IMG/VR virus record: IMGVR_UViG_2898907183_000003
Location: 5,759-69,758 of that record
Reading direction: 5' to 3' (one strand)
DNA: 64,000 nucleotides
Source of the DNA: a virus
Lineage: Duplodnaviria; Caudoviricetes
A program made the translations under genes and the position numbers. Positions within the stretch are counted from its first letter, which is position 1, and each line of letters opens with the position of its first letter. The notes beneath the pieces are model-generated. The model worked only from the letters and a program-made list of their open reading frames with translations, was not told the DNA's origin and did not search any database. Positions 48,207-57,709 of the stretch are shown one piece after another.

Positions 48207-48227
48207 ACTTACCGGAGGTGATTCGCC

Positions 48228-48869
48228 ATCTCCAACCCCATTCAATTCTGGTTAACATTCGACGGTGCGCGATTGCAACTTCCGGTAAATCCGGAAACTA
48301 TCCGCATTAACACTTCGCACACATACGAAGAAGTAAACGTTGTGAATCTCGGAGAGTACACCGTTATCGGTGACGCACGACTCCGAGATTTTTCTTTTTC
48401 GTCATTCTTTCCGAAAGAGTACAATCCGACATACTGCGAATACGAAGAACTACCGGACCCATGGAGCGCAGTTGCACGCATTGAAAACGCAATGCTCGCC
48501 CGTAAACCGATCCGTCTGACAATTACGGGAACCCCGATCAACTACCTCGTAACAATCCGAGACTTCCAGTATGAACCGGAACGCGCAGGAAATCCCGGTG
48601 AAATCTATTACGAGATCAATCTTAAAGAATACGTCGCGCTTGACACAAGACGTGTAGAAGTATCTGGGGGGACGGCGAAGGTATTCACAACCACAACGCG
48701 CCCAGATACGAGAGAAAAACCGAACACGTATACCGTGAAATCTGGCGATACTCTTACGAAAATCGCGCTCCGTTACGGCACGACGGCACGTGACCTCTAT
48801 GCGAAAAATAAAACGACCATTGGCCCCGATCCGAACACGATTAAACCGGGGCAGGTGCTAGTGCTATGA
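48228..48869 (+). CDS. LysM-domain tail protein (XkdP-like)
   Basis: LQLPVNPE, YTVKSGDTLTKIA, IKPGQVL; ATC start after GGAGGTG. Confidence 0.88.
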   Translation: MSNPIQFWLTFDGARLQLPVNPETIRINTSHTYEEVNVVNLGEYTVIGDARLRDFSFSSFFPKEYNPTYCEYEELPDPWSAVARIENAMLARKPIRLTITGTPINYLVTIRDFQYEPERAGNPGEIYYEINLKEYVALDTRRVEVSGGTAKVFTTTTRPDTREKPNTYTVKSGDTLTKIALRYGTTARDLYAKNKTTIGPDPNTIKPGQVLVL

Positions 48870-49930
48870 GCATTGAAGTTGTGTACGACGGCAAGCCTCT
48901 TCTCGGTATTACGTCCATTACTTGGTCGGGCGAAACGCGACAACCATTTCGTAAACTCGAAGTCTCGCTCAAAAATACTCGGGATGGGAGGACACAATTA
49001 ACACGGATCGAGCACGGGAAGGAATTAAGACTAGTCAATGACGATCGTGAGTTGTTCCGAGGACCCGTATTTTCATTCAACATCAACGCGCGCGGGGATA
49101 TGGACGTCGTAGCATACGACGAGAACATCTATCTTGTGAAGAACCAGGACACACGAAAATTCGCAAATATGACCGCGAGTGCGATCATTAAACGACTTTG
49201 TTCAGATTTTGGGATTCCTACAGGTACCATCGTTGATACCGGATATGTCATTCCAAAATTAATCCTCCATGAAAAAACCTTGTGGGATATGATGGTTACG
49301 GCGCTTACCGTCACAAGAAAACAGACGGGGAGGCGCTATTTTATTTCCTCGAAAGAAGGTCGGATCCAACTCTCGCCGCGTAAGGAACAGATCGTCAGGG
49401 TCGTACTCGAAAACGGGCGAAACATTTTGGATGCGTCCTATTCGCAGTCGATCGAGGAAATGCGGACGCAAGTTAAGGTAATCGGAGGAGACGAAGAAAA
49501 AAATCCGGTTATTGCAGTCGTGAAAAACGACACTCTGATCCAGCGCTACGGAATCATGCAACATCTCGAACGAGCGGAGTCTGACGCAACTTCGTCACAG
49601 GTGCAACAACTCGCGCAGCAACTTCTTAAAGACCTTGGCACGATCGACGACGAGGCAACTATTGAAGCTATCGGTGATGATTCAGTGACAGCAGGTACTG
49701 CAATATACGCTCGCGAGCAAATGACGGGAATAATAGGAGGTTACTACATCACGGCTGACAGGCATACGTTCCAGAACGGTGTTCATACGATGAGCCTGAC
49801 ATTGAGCGCTACCGACGATTTACCTGCCTTGGAATACGAAGAGCCAGGTGACCGGAAGACGAAAAAGGTGGGCGATGAAAAATCGAACCTATCTGACGTA
49901 TTGAAAGAAATAGAAAAGTTCGGGGAGTGA
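48866..49930 (+). CDS. Baseplate hub protein (XkdQ-like)
   Basis: AYDENIYLVKN, YSQSIEEM, YGIMQ. Confidence 0.85.
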   Translation: MSIEVVYDGKPLLGITSITWSGETRQPFRKLEVSLKNTRDGRTQLTRIEHGKELRLVNDDRELFRGPVFSFNINARGDMDVVAYDENIYLVKNQDTRKFANMTASAIIKRLCSDFGIPTGTIVDTGYVIPKLILHEKTLWDMMVTALTVTRKQTGRRYFISSKEGRIQLSPRKEQIVRVVLENGRNILDASYSQSIEEMRTQVKVIGGDEEKNPVIAVVKNDTLIQRYGIMQHLERAESDATSSQVQQLAQQLLKDLGTIDDEATIEAIGDDSVTAGTAIYAREQMTGIIGGYYITADRHTFQNGVHTMSLTLSATDDLPALEYEEPGDRKTKKVGDEKSNLSDVLKEIEKFGE

Positions 49931-49937
49931 TTCAATC

Positions 49938-50375
49938 GTGCCGAGAAATTTGGAGCGATATGAGGGGACCGGAATAAGCCAATTAGAACAGTGGATTAAA
50001 GATGTCGGATATAACGATTTCGACAAGCTCTATCTTGCTACGGTTACATCCGTTCCTCCGAACTTGAAGGTCAAAATCGATAACTGGCCGATTGAACTTG
50101 AAGCGGACGATCTTATCGTCGCGGAGCACCTGACGCGACACACCCGAATTGTCACGATCACGCATGACGAAGGGACATCGCGTGATGTTGGCGATATGAA
50201 CCCGAAGCCCACCGATCACGATTCGGAGGGCGACCTCTACTTCAGAACGGAGTATCTCGAATTGAAATTTGAGGACGTGTTGAAAGAGGGCGATCGGGTG
50301 CTTGTCGCGTCGATGAACGAAGGGCAAACGTACGTGATACTCGACAGGGTGGTGAGGTATTCCGATGGCTCTTAG
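49938..50375 (+). CDS. Baseplate spike-like protein (XkdR/DUF2577-like)
   Basis: ATVTSVPP, LKEGDRV, YVILDRV. Confidence 0.8.
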   Translation: MPRNLERYEGTGISQLEQWIKDVGYNDFDKLYLATVTSVPPNLKVKIDNWPIELEADDLIVAEHLTRHTRIVTITHDEGTSRDVGDMNPKPTDHDSEGDLYFRTEYLELKFEDVLKEGDRVLVASMNEGQTYVILDRVVRYSDGS

Positions 50376-50781
50376 TCCGTTAAAACCACCGGAGGAACGC
50401 GCGACCATCGTCACGCCGCAGGTGCAGCCGTCCAAGACGTATGCGCTCGATTTTGAAACGGGCGAGGTCGGCGGCCTCATCGATGGGGAGTCGGCGGTGC
50501 GCCAGTTCATTCGGAAGGCAATTATGACGGCGAGATTCCGCTTTCCAATTTACGGGGTTTCGCACGAATACGGATGCGAACTCGAAGACCTCATCGGCCA
50601 GGATCTTCCGATTGAACTCTTGAACGCGGAAATACCGCGCGTGATCACCGAGGCCCTCATGATCGATGACCGGATTCAGCGCGTTTACAATTTCGATATT
50701 TCACGAGAAGGAGACGGCCTGTTCGTCTCTTTTTTCGTTGACACAGCGGAAGGCACGTTACGCGAGGAGGTGACGGTGTAA
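50365..50781 (+). CDS. Baseplate wedge gp25-like (XkdS/DUF2634-like)
   Basis: AVRQFIRKAIMTARF, YGCEL, EALMIDDRI. Confidence 0.85.
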   Translation: MALSPLKPPEERATIVTPQVQPSKTYALDFETGEVGGLIDGESAVRQFIRKAIMTARFRFPIYGVSHEYGCELEDLIGQDLPIELLNAEIPRVITEALMIDDRIQRVYNFDISREGDGLFVSFFVDTAEGTLREEVTV

Positions 50782-50783
50782 AC

Positions 50784-51857
50784 GTGGCATACGAAAACCA
50801 AACGAAGGAAGCGATTCACCAACGGATGCTTGACGCAAGTCGCTCCGATATTGATAAGCGCGAAGGCTCCGTTACGTACGATTTGCTCGGGCCCGCCGCG
50901 ATTGAACTCGAAATGGTTTACTCGGAGTTGGACGCGGTGCTCGATAAAGGATTCGTGCTGAAACTGGACGGAACCCAATCGGCATACGGCGAGTACCTCG
51001 AACGGCGCGCGGCTGAGTTCGGGATCACGCGCAAGCCAGCGGTCAAAGCGGTTGGCTCCGTTACCTTTACGGGCACGGACGGCACGTATATTCCGGTCGG
51101 CCTTGAACTCTCCACGCAGGAGGAGAACCCGGTCTATTTCGTAACCACCTCGGACGGGACGATCACGAACGGAACACTCACACTCGCGGCCCAAGCGAAA
51201 GAAGGCGGAGTGGCCGGAAATGTCCCCGCAGGCAAAATCGTGCTTACGTCCGGTAATATCACCGGAATCACCTCCGTAACGAATCCGCAGCCGTTTGACG
51301 GGGGCATTGACGCTGAGTCCGACGAGGATTTGTTAGGGAGGTATCTTGATCGCGTGAGAAAACCAGCAACGAGCGGAAACGCCGCGGCCTACCGCCAATG
51401 GGCGCTCGAACGTCCGGGCGTGGGCGACGCGAAAGTGTACCCGTTATGGAACGGGAACGGCACAGTAAAGGTCGTCATCATCGACTCGGAACGAACGCCA
51501 CCGCCCCAAACGGTCATTGACGACGTGGCCGCATATATCGAATCGGTTCGACCAATCGGCGCGACGGTAACGGTGGAAGGCGCGGTTGAACTGCCGATCA
51601 ATGTATCCGCGACTCTAACGCTTAAAAGCGGATACACGGCGGCTGGCGTGAAGCCGACGATTGAGACCAGGATTGTCGAGTACCTCAAGTCCATCGCGTT
51701 TAAAGATGAACCGGTGCGCCTTTCCCGGATCGCGAACATTATTCTCGATACGGAGGGCGTCATTGATTACGCGAGCCTTACGATCAACGGCGGAACGGGC
51801 AATATTGTGGTGCCTGACGGTCAGGTTGCAGTAAAGGGCACCGTGACGCTGACATAA
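50784..51857 (+). CDS. Baseplate J-like protein (XkdT-like)
   Basis: REGSVTYD, GIDAESDEDL, SGNAAAYRQWA, RPIGATVTV. Confidence 0.92.
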   Translation: MAYENQTKEAIHQRMLDASRSDIDKREGSVTYDLLGPAAIELEMVYSELDAVLDKGFVLKLDGTQSAYGEYLERRAAEFGITRKPAVKAVGSVTFTGTDGTYIPVGLELSTQEENPVYFVTTSDGTITNGTLTLAAQAKEGGVAGNVPAGKIVLTSGNITGITSVTNPQPFDGGIDAESDEDLLGRYLDRVRKPATSGNAAAYRQWALERPGVGDAKVYPLWNGNGTVKVVIIDSERTPPPQTVIDDVAAYIESVRPIGATVTVEGAVELPINVSATLTLKSGYTAAGVKPTIETRIVEYLKSIAFKDEPVRLSRIANIILDTEGVIDYASLTINGGTGNIVVPDGQVAVKGTVTLT

Positions 51858-51869
51858 GGAGGGCAATAA

Positions 51870-52256
51870 ATGTCCGCAGCAAGTAACTATACGGAGGAAC
51901 TTATCCTCAAAATTCTCTTGAACGGCATGGCCTTTACGCCCCCAGCTCAGGTCTATCTCGCGTTGTTCACGTCTGACCCAACGGATGCGGGCGTGGGTAA
52001 CGAAGTGACCGGCGGGGCTTATGCGCGCCAGCAAATCGGTTTTGACGTGCCGGTGAACGGGACGACGCAGAACAGCGCCGACATCCTCTTTCCGATCTCT
52101 ACGACGGATTGGGGCACGATTACCCATTACGGGATTTACGACGCACTCACCGGCGGGAACCTTCTGATTCACGGACAATGGAGCGCGAGCAAAACGATCC
52201 CGGCAGGCGGCCAGTTCAAGGTGCCGCGCGGCTATCTGACCGTGACAGTGAGCTAG
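51870..52256 (+). CDS. Phage tail fibre-base protein
   Basis: SNYTEE...YLALFTSDP...EVTGGAYARQ...WGTITH. Confidence 0.7.
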   Translation: MSAASNYTEELILKILLNGMAFTPPAQVYLALFTSDPTDAGVGNEVTGGAYARQQIGFDVPVNGTTQNSADILFPISTTDWGTITHYGIYDALTGGNLLIHGQWSASKTIPAGGQFKVPRGYLTVTVS

Positions 52257-52270
52257 CGAGGTGATGAAGT

Positions 52271-53581
52271 TTGGGTCTTACCAACCTGCTAGGAACTGAC
52301 GGTAAATGTGAGGATACAAGCAAATTCACCTACACAGGCGGGACAGCGGCGCTAGATAGTACGAGAAAAACAAACGGAAACAATAGCATTAAGGTGGCTA
52401 AAAGTTCAACTACAACTACCGTAGACCCTCAAGCTCCAAAGCGCATATACCCCGCCGTTGGAGAATATTACATTGCTATTGCTGATTTGTATAGTGAAAA
52501 CCTCGCTTCAGCCGTTTACATGTCAGCCTTCACCAGCGGTGTCACACAAGTTGTAAAAAGTGTTACATCCACCAGTAGTTCCAGTTACTCGGCTACAACA
52601 ACAGGGCAATTTGTGCCGATCATTCGGGCGTGGCAAGTAACGGCAGTAACAACGCCCGGAGTATCGTACTTTTACCCAAGGGCTTTGCACAATGGCACAA
52701 CCGGTGCCAAGTTTAACGTAGATTCCTTCCGCGTCTATAAAATCTCGCAAGCACAATATGACGCATTACCAACAAACGTAGACTTGGCAACTGCACAGGC
52801 AATTGCCGCGCAATATCCGTACACAGATTACGTGACGGGTAATACGTTCGACCGCACGGACCTATTCGTATGGGACACGATGGATCAGTTCACGTGGGAC
52901 GAAATCGGGATCTTCAACGGACAAGGATCGGCGGCCGTAACGTTTACCACTTCCGGGACTGCTGTTCGCGTCGAGATCGGAACGGCAGGCGCGACCATCG
53001 AAGTCACAACAGACGGTTCTGTTTACGCGTTCAAGCGAAATATCGCCCGAGATATGCGCGATTACTTGCCGAAATATTACTCCGATTCGGCCGTCGTTGA
53101 AAACTTGATCGAGCGCGAGGCCGGGGAACTGCAGGTGCTGAACGCGGAAATCCAATCGGTGCTCGACCAGTTCTTCGTCGATTATGCCATGCACGGGCTC
53201 GATCGGTGGGAAAAGATTTACGGAATCCCCACGGATTACACGAAAACAATCGAGCAACGGCGGGCCGCGATCAAGGCGAGGCAGCGCGCGACCGGAACAA
53301 CCACGCTCGACATGCTGTACAATCTCGCGCGCACCTATTACAACGTGGAGATTACAGAGAACCCCGCGAACTACGAGATCATCATAAACGGAGTCGGCAC
53401 GAATGGGATTCCGCCAAACCTCGACGAGTTCAAGGCGATTGTTCGCGATGTGGTACCGGCGCACTTGGCGGTGACCTTCACGTTCGGATCACTATATTGG
53501 CTCGATTTGGACGCTGCGGTGGTTACATTCAATACAGCGGAAACAAAGTCGTGGGATCAATTCGAAACATCAACCTTCTAA
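52271..53581 (+). CDS. YmfQ/XkdU (DUF2313) baseplate protein with about 250-aa N-terminal beta-rich extension
   Basis: C-terminal MRDYLPKYY, GLDRWEKIYGI, VVPAHL; Thr/Ser-rich N-terminus of lower GC. Confidence 0.8.
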   Translation: MGLTNLLGTDGKCEDTSKFTYTGGTAALDSTRKTNGNNSIKVAKSSTTTTVDPQAPKRIYPAVGEYYIAIADLYSENLASAVYMSAFTSGVTQVVKSVTSTSSSSYSATTTGQFVPIIRAWQVTAVTTPGVSYFYPRALHNGTTGAKFNVDSFRVYKISQAQYDALPTNVDLATAQAIAAQYPYTDYVTGNTFDRTDLFVWDTMDQFTWDEIGIFNGQGSAAVTFTTSGTAVRVEIGTAGATIEVTTDGSVYAFKRNIARDMRDYLPKYYSDSAVVENLIEREAGELQVLNAEIQSVLDQFFVDYAMHGLDRWEKIYGIPTDYTKTIEQRRAAIKARQRATGTTTLDMLYNLARTYYNVEITENPANYEIIINGVGTNGIPPNLDEFKAIVRDVVPAHLAVTFTFGSLYWLDLDAAVVTFNTAETKSWDQFETSTF

Positions 53582-53594
53582 GGAGTGAAGCAGG

Positions 53595-53954
53595 TTGAGT
53601 ACGTACACAACGACGCATCTCGGCCTCCATACGTGGGCCGGTACGGATCAAGTGAGCCGCCTAGAGTTCAACGAGAACTTCGCGGCAATTGACGCCGCGC
53701 TCGGGAACTACCGGAGGCAAATCGATGTTACCTCGAAAGATGCGAAAGGCATCTATACGGTGGTCAACTATAAGCGCGGTGACGGCACACTGTATATGAA
53801 GTCAACGCTTAGTGGTGGTACATCCCCGAACTACACAACGGACACCTGGCGCTTTTATGACGCATCGGGGGCAACGGTAATTAAAACGATAACCTGGACG
53901 CTGACATACGATACGGACGGCAACGTAATCGACGCGGTGCCAGCGGTAAGCTAA
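53595..53954 (+). CDS. Short tail fibre-associated protein
   Basis: TTTHLGLHTW...EFNENFAAID N-terminal fibre motif. Confidence 0.6.
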   Translation: MSTYTTTHLGLHTWAGTDQVSRLEFNENFAAIDAALGNYRRQIDVTSKDAKGIYTVVNYKRGDGTLYMKSTLSGGTSPNYTTDTWRFYDASGATVIKTITWTLTYDTDGNVIDAVPAVS

Positions 53955-53969
53955 TCGGGAGGTGAACGG

Positions 53970-54557
53970 ATGGATATTACGAATGTACTCCGGGCGCACG
54001 GAATCGGCGTTGGAAAGAAACTCGTAGGGGACGCGCAACCTAGCGACGTTCGCGCGGGAAAAACGTTTAGTAACGCGGACGGTAACGATAAGGTCGGGAC
54101 GCTGCCGGTACGCGCGACGTCGGCGCAGACGATTACGCCGGGAACCGCGAGCCAAGTATTGCAGGCGGGGATCTATGACGGAGATATTACAGTTCTTGGG
54201 GATGCAGATTTAATCGCGGCGAATATTAAAAACGGAGTGAATATATTCGGTGTTCTTGGCTCCCTTAATCCTTTGAATAGCGCTAGCGGCACAGCAAACT
54301 CTGTAAATCCATACGGATTCGTAACAGTTAACAGCCTCAGTTTTAAGCCAAAAATAATCATCATAGAGAGCACAGATTCGAATGTCCAAACAGTCACGTA
54401 TTGTGAGTTGTTCAGCTCAACCACCTATAGGCAACACACAGGCAACCAGATAATATCTATCAAAAACGTAAGCGATAATGGGGGCTATGTAAATAATACT
54501 GGTTTTCAATTAATATGCCCGATGATCGGATCTGTGAGATGGGTTGCATTCGGTTAA
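53970..54557 (+). CDS. Short tail fibre / receptor-binding module
   Basis: GDAQPSDVRAGKTF, ITPGT, GDADLIAANIKNGVNIFGV, FKPKIIII; AT-rich C-terminus. Confidence 0.7.
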   Translation: MDITNVLRAHGIGVGKKLVGDAQPSDVRAGKTFSNADGNDKVGTLPVRATSAQTITPGTASQVLQAGIYDGDITVLGDADLIAANIKNGVNIFGVLGSLNPLNSASGTANSVNPYGFVTVNSLSFKPKIIIIESTDSNVQTVTYCELFSSTTYRQHTGNQIISIKNVSDNGGYVNNTGFQLICPMIGSVRWVAFG

Positions 54558-54571
54558 AAAGGGGGATCATT

Positions 54572-54988
54572 ATGAACAAGTTTGGACGAAAAATCTATTT
54601 TGATAAATCAACCGGTAACGTGTTGATTGATACCGGTGAGTTGGCAGGAGACGTCCGCGAAACCACAACGGAAGAAGATTTCGCCACTTACACGGTACTC
54701 TCCGGTCGCAAACCGGAAACTGTCGGCTGCCTCCGCATTCCTTTCGGGCAAGACCGTGAAAAGTTCGCTCAATACGCGTACCACGTCGATCCCGTTACGG
54801 AAAAAATCGTATGGGACCTCACGCCGATCCAGCGTGAAGAAGAGGAACGCAAGGAAACGATGGAGGAGCAGATCGCAGCGCTTCAATCGGAAAACGCAAG
54901 GCTCCGCGAGCAGCTTGCGTCTACGAACGCTGATTTACAGGGACTCGTTGAATATATCGACGAGGCGTTGTCCGGAGGTGTTGCGTAA
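54572..54988 (+). CDS. Tail fibre assembly/chaperone-like protein
   Basis: GRKIYFDKSTGNVL motif plus coiled coil. Confidence 0.55.
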   Translation: MNKFGRKIYFDKSTGNVLIDTGELAGDVRETTTEEDFATYTVLSGRKPETVGCLRIPFGQDREKFAQYAYHVDPVTEKIVWDLTPIQREEEERKETMEEQIAALQSENARLREQLASTNADLQGLVEYIDEALSGGVA

Positions 54989-55224
54989 TGGCTGTACTCA
55001 CGTTTAAAGTCGGAATTTACGCGCGGAATATCTACCTGTACGGCAACGAACGCTTCACGGCGCGCGATGGATACAAGGGCATCCCGGAGGAATATCATCC
55101 ACCGGTAAAAGAGTACGCAGCAACACGGTTTCTCCGCTCAGAAATCGACTACGCGCTCGGTCAAGGATGGATCAACCAAACGGAGTATGACGACACCATT
55201 GCGCTCATCCCTACGAGTGTCTAA
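54988..55224 (+). CDS. Small tail-associated protein (XkdX-like position)
   Basis: Coupled start; WINQTEYD. Confidence 0.5.
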   Translation: MAVLTFKVGIYARNIYLYGNERFTARDGYKGIPEEYHPPVKEYAATRFLRSEIDYALGQGWINQTEYDDTIALIPTSV

Positions 55225-55237
55225 CGAGAGGTGACGT

Positions 55238-55501
55238 ATGATGACGGAAGATTTGCGTGCGCTCGTCCAGGACGTTCGCGAGCGCATGGTCCGCATCGAG
55301 ACGAAACTCGACCAAATGGCGGACGTAAAGGCCACGGCAGACAGCGCGAACGAACGCGCAAGGGAAGCGCTGGCTCTCGCGCAGGAAAACGCCCGCGACA
55401 TCGCCGAGATGAAAGCGGATGACCGTCGCAAGTGGGGCGCGATTATCGGGATGGGGACGACGTTTATCGTTTCCATCCTGATCTATTTTCTGACGAAGTA
55501 G
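55238..55501 (+). CDS. XhlA/hemolysin-like holin-associated protein
   Basis: Coiled coil plus one C-terminal TM (KWGAIIG). Confidence 0.7.
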   Translation: MMTEDLRALVQDVRERMVRIETKLDQMADVKATADSANERAREALALAQENARDIAEMKADDRRKWGAIIGMGTTFIVSILIYFLTK

Positions 55502-55516
55502 AACGGAGGGAACGCG

Positions 55517-55819
55517 ATGAAAACGTTCTGGAACGACAATGATGGTCTATCAATAACGGACGTCCTCGCGATACTCTTCGCCGTAGGATACTTCTATGTA
55601 ACGTGGATTTTCATCGGGAAGCTCCGGGCTGACACGTTAAAGTCCGTAGACGTCGATTTCTTCGCGGCGTACTCGTATGGGATGCTCGTAATCCTTGGCG
55701 GGTATTTCGGACGTAATGTCGTGGCAGGCATTGGGAAGCTCCCGATATTCAATCGCGGCAAAGATCCCGAGTCCACGCGAGAGGAGGAAGACAATCGTGG
55801 ATCTGAGAGTCCAATCTGA
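55517..55819 (+). CDS. Holin-like two-TM protein
   Basis: DGLSITD, ILGGYFG; upstream of lysin. Confidence 0.6.
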   Translation: MKTFWNDNDGLSITDVLAILFAVGYFYVTWIFIGKLRADTLKSVDVDFFAAYSYGMLVILGGYFGRNVVAGIGKLPIFNRGKDPESTREEEDNRGSESPI

Positions 55820-56606
55820 TTTTCTGACGCCGAATCCGTACTCTCGCCCTGGGACTCGTTTGAGTTGTGTAAAGGGCATCGTCATTCATTGGGTCGCGAA
55901 TCCGAAGAGCACCGCGAAGAACAACCGAGACTTCTTCGAGCGGCGAAAACTCGGGAAGTCCGGATATGGTTCCGCGCACTATATCGTATGCTTGGACGGA
56001 ACCGTCGTCCAATGCCTGCCTGAAGCGGAGATGGCCTACCACGTTGGCTCGTCTTTACCGTATAAGCCCGGGACGACGCAGATTTACACACCGGAAGCAT
56101 GGGCGCGGCTAAATACGAACCGCAGCGGCCAAAAACCGTATCCCAACAACTGCACGATCGGAATCGAGTGTACACACATCGATTGGGACGGACGGATGAC
56201 GAAAGAGACTTGGCGCGCGACCGTCAAGCTGGCGGCCCAACTGTTGAAACGATACGGCCTGACCGCGAACGATCTGTGGCTGCACAAGGAAGTTGTCGGC
56301 TGGAAGGACTGCCACCGCTGGTTTGTCAATAACCCGGCGGAGTGGGCGCGGTTCAAAGCGGAGGTCGGCACCGCCATGAAACCGACAAGAGCGGAGGTAA
56401 TGTTGATCATGAGCAAATACTTCAAAGATATCCCGAAGGAGATGGAATGGGCTGCGCCCCATGCTGATTCCTTGTACGAGAAGGGTGTGCTGAAAGGCGA
56501 CGGCCAGGGCAACCTCAAACCAGCCGATCCGCTGACTCGCGCGGAAGCCGCTGTATTGATCGACCGCGCGATTGAATACGTCATGAAGGAGCTGTCCGGT
56601 AAATGA
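55797..56606 (+). CDS. N-acetylmuramoyl-L-alanine amidase endolysin (Amidase_2 + SLH)
   Basis: IVIHW, SAHY, EMAYHVG, IGIEC, HKEV...KDC; SLH motif LTRAEAA. Confidence 0.92.
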   Translation: MDLRVQSDFLTPNPYSRPGTRLSCVKGIVIHWVANPKSTAKNNRDFFERRKLGKSGYGSAHYIVCLDGTVVQCLPEAEMAYHVGSSLPYKPGTTQIYTPEAWARLNTNRSGQKPYPNNCTIGIECTHIDWDGRMTKETWRATVKLAAQLLKRYGLTANDLWLHKEVVGWKDCHRWFVNNPAEWARFKAEVGTAMKPTRAEVMLIMSKYFKDIPKEMEWAAPHADSLYEKGVLKGDGQGNLKPADPLTRAEAAVLIDRAIEYVMKELSGK

Positions 56607-56803
56607 TCGATTGGAAGGCGAAATTGTCGTCCAGAAAGCTGTGGCTGGCTCTGTCAGGTTTTGTAACGAGCGTCCTCGTGCTGTTCGGTACAGACGCCGA
56701 CACAATCACGAAAGTAACCGCGATGATTACCGCGCTCGGTTCGGTGGTCGCGTATATCCTCGCGGAAGGATACGTTGATGCAGAGCGCACCAAAAACGAA
56801 TAA
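56603..56803 (+). CDS. Phage holin
   Basis: WKAKLSSRKLW...YILAEG; two TM. Confidence 0.75.
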   Translation: MIDWKAKLSSRKLWLALSGFVTSVLVLFGTDADTITKVTAMITALGSVVAYILAEGYVDAERTKNE

Positions 56804-56808
56804 CTCAC

Positions 56809-56853
56809 GCCCCGGTAGCGGAAACACTCCGTCGCCGGGGCTTTATTTTTTTT
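56809..56853 (+). terminator. Late-operon intrinsic terminator
   Basis: GCCCCGG...CCGGGGC followed by a long T tract. Confidence 0.8.
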
Positions 56854-57120
56854 GTCCCAACGCGTCATGATACGCTCGGCCTATCGGAAAGGAGCGTGTT
56901 ACGTCGTGAATCCGTCATTTTATTACGTTGTTACTTGGCGGGAGGCCACCGACATCCGCCGCAAACTAACCAATTTGGGCGCGGAGTACATAGTTACGTC
57001 GTTACCGAACGGAGAGGTCGCGTTCGTGTTTCCGGATTTGCCGGTGAGGATTTACGGTAGCGTACGTCAAATTTTCGGCGGAGACGGCTTGATCTTTTCG
57101 GATTCCTCGCGCATAATATA

Positions 57121-57134
57121 AGAACAAATGTTCG
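57121..57134. promoter_or_regulatory. LexA (DinR) SOS box
   Basis: AGAAC-AAAT-GTTCG matches Bacillus CGAAC-N4-GTTCG, immediately before TATTAT and the yolD RBS. Confidence 0.8.
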
Positions 57135-57155
57135 TATTATAGCGGAGGGGTATCG

Positions 57156-57488
57156 ATGGGAAAACTCGATGATTTATTCGCGATGAAATTTATGCTGCCG
57201 GAGCATCGCGCACTATTAGAGGAACACGAATACGTCAAAACGCTCGTTCCGAAGCCGATCATCGACGAGCAGGAGTTCGGCGAAATGAACTTCCGGATAT
57301 ACGATTCGGTCCAGTACGATTACGCGATTACCGTGAGTTATTGGCGGCCGGTACGCGGGGGCCTCGGCGTAATTGAATCGGTGTTCGGCACGGTGCAACG
57401 TATAGATGCCGCAAACCGTCGGATAAAGATCGTAAATGACTGGGACTTTCATTGGATCGATATTGAACGGGTGGTCAGCGTAAAATAA
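57156..57488 (+). CDS. yolD: YolD-like protein
   Basis: MLPEHR...KPIIDEQE...GTVQRID...IVSV; SOS box upstream. Confidence 0.85.
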   Translation: MGKLDDLFAMKFMLPEHRALLEEHEYVKTLVPKPIIDEQEFGEMNFRIYDSVQYDYAITVSYWRPVRGGLGVIESVFGTVQRIDAANRRIKIVNDWDFHWIDIERVVSVK

Positions 57489-57709
57489 GGATACCATTTG
57501 CAGTAGACGTGCATATTTCGCGACCTCCCGCATACGCTCTAGCGTAGCGCGTAGGCGCAAGCGAGCGTTGGCCCTACGTATGGCCTCCGGAAAATAACGG
57601 CCCTTGCCGCGGAGAAATTCCGTAGCAGGGGCCTGTTTTTTACTTGGTACACGCATAAGTCACGTCGTCTTCGCGTATCTTCGTTACAAAAACGGAAGGA
57701 GGCGGTGAA

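Noticed and set aside
52271-54988. Resolvase-driven invertible tail-fibre cassette
   Set aside because: All distal tail genes are co-oriented, no inverted crossover sites or reversed fibre halves were seen, and the resolvase is about 19 kb away.
55695-55796. N-terminal extension of the endolysin
   Set aside because: It overlaps the holin-like gene; GAGGAGG RBS supports GTG 55797.
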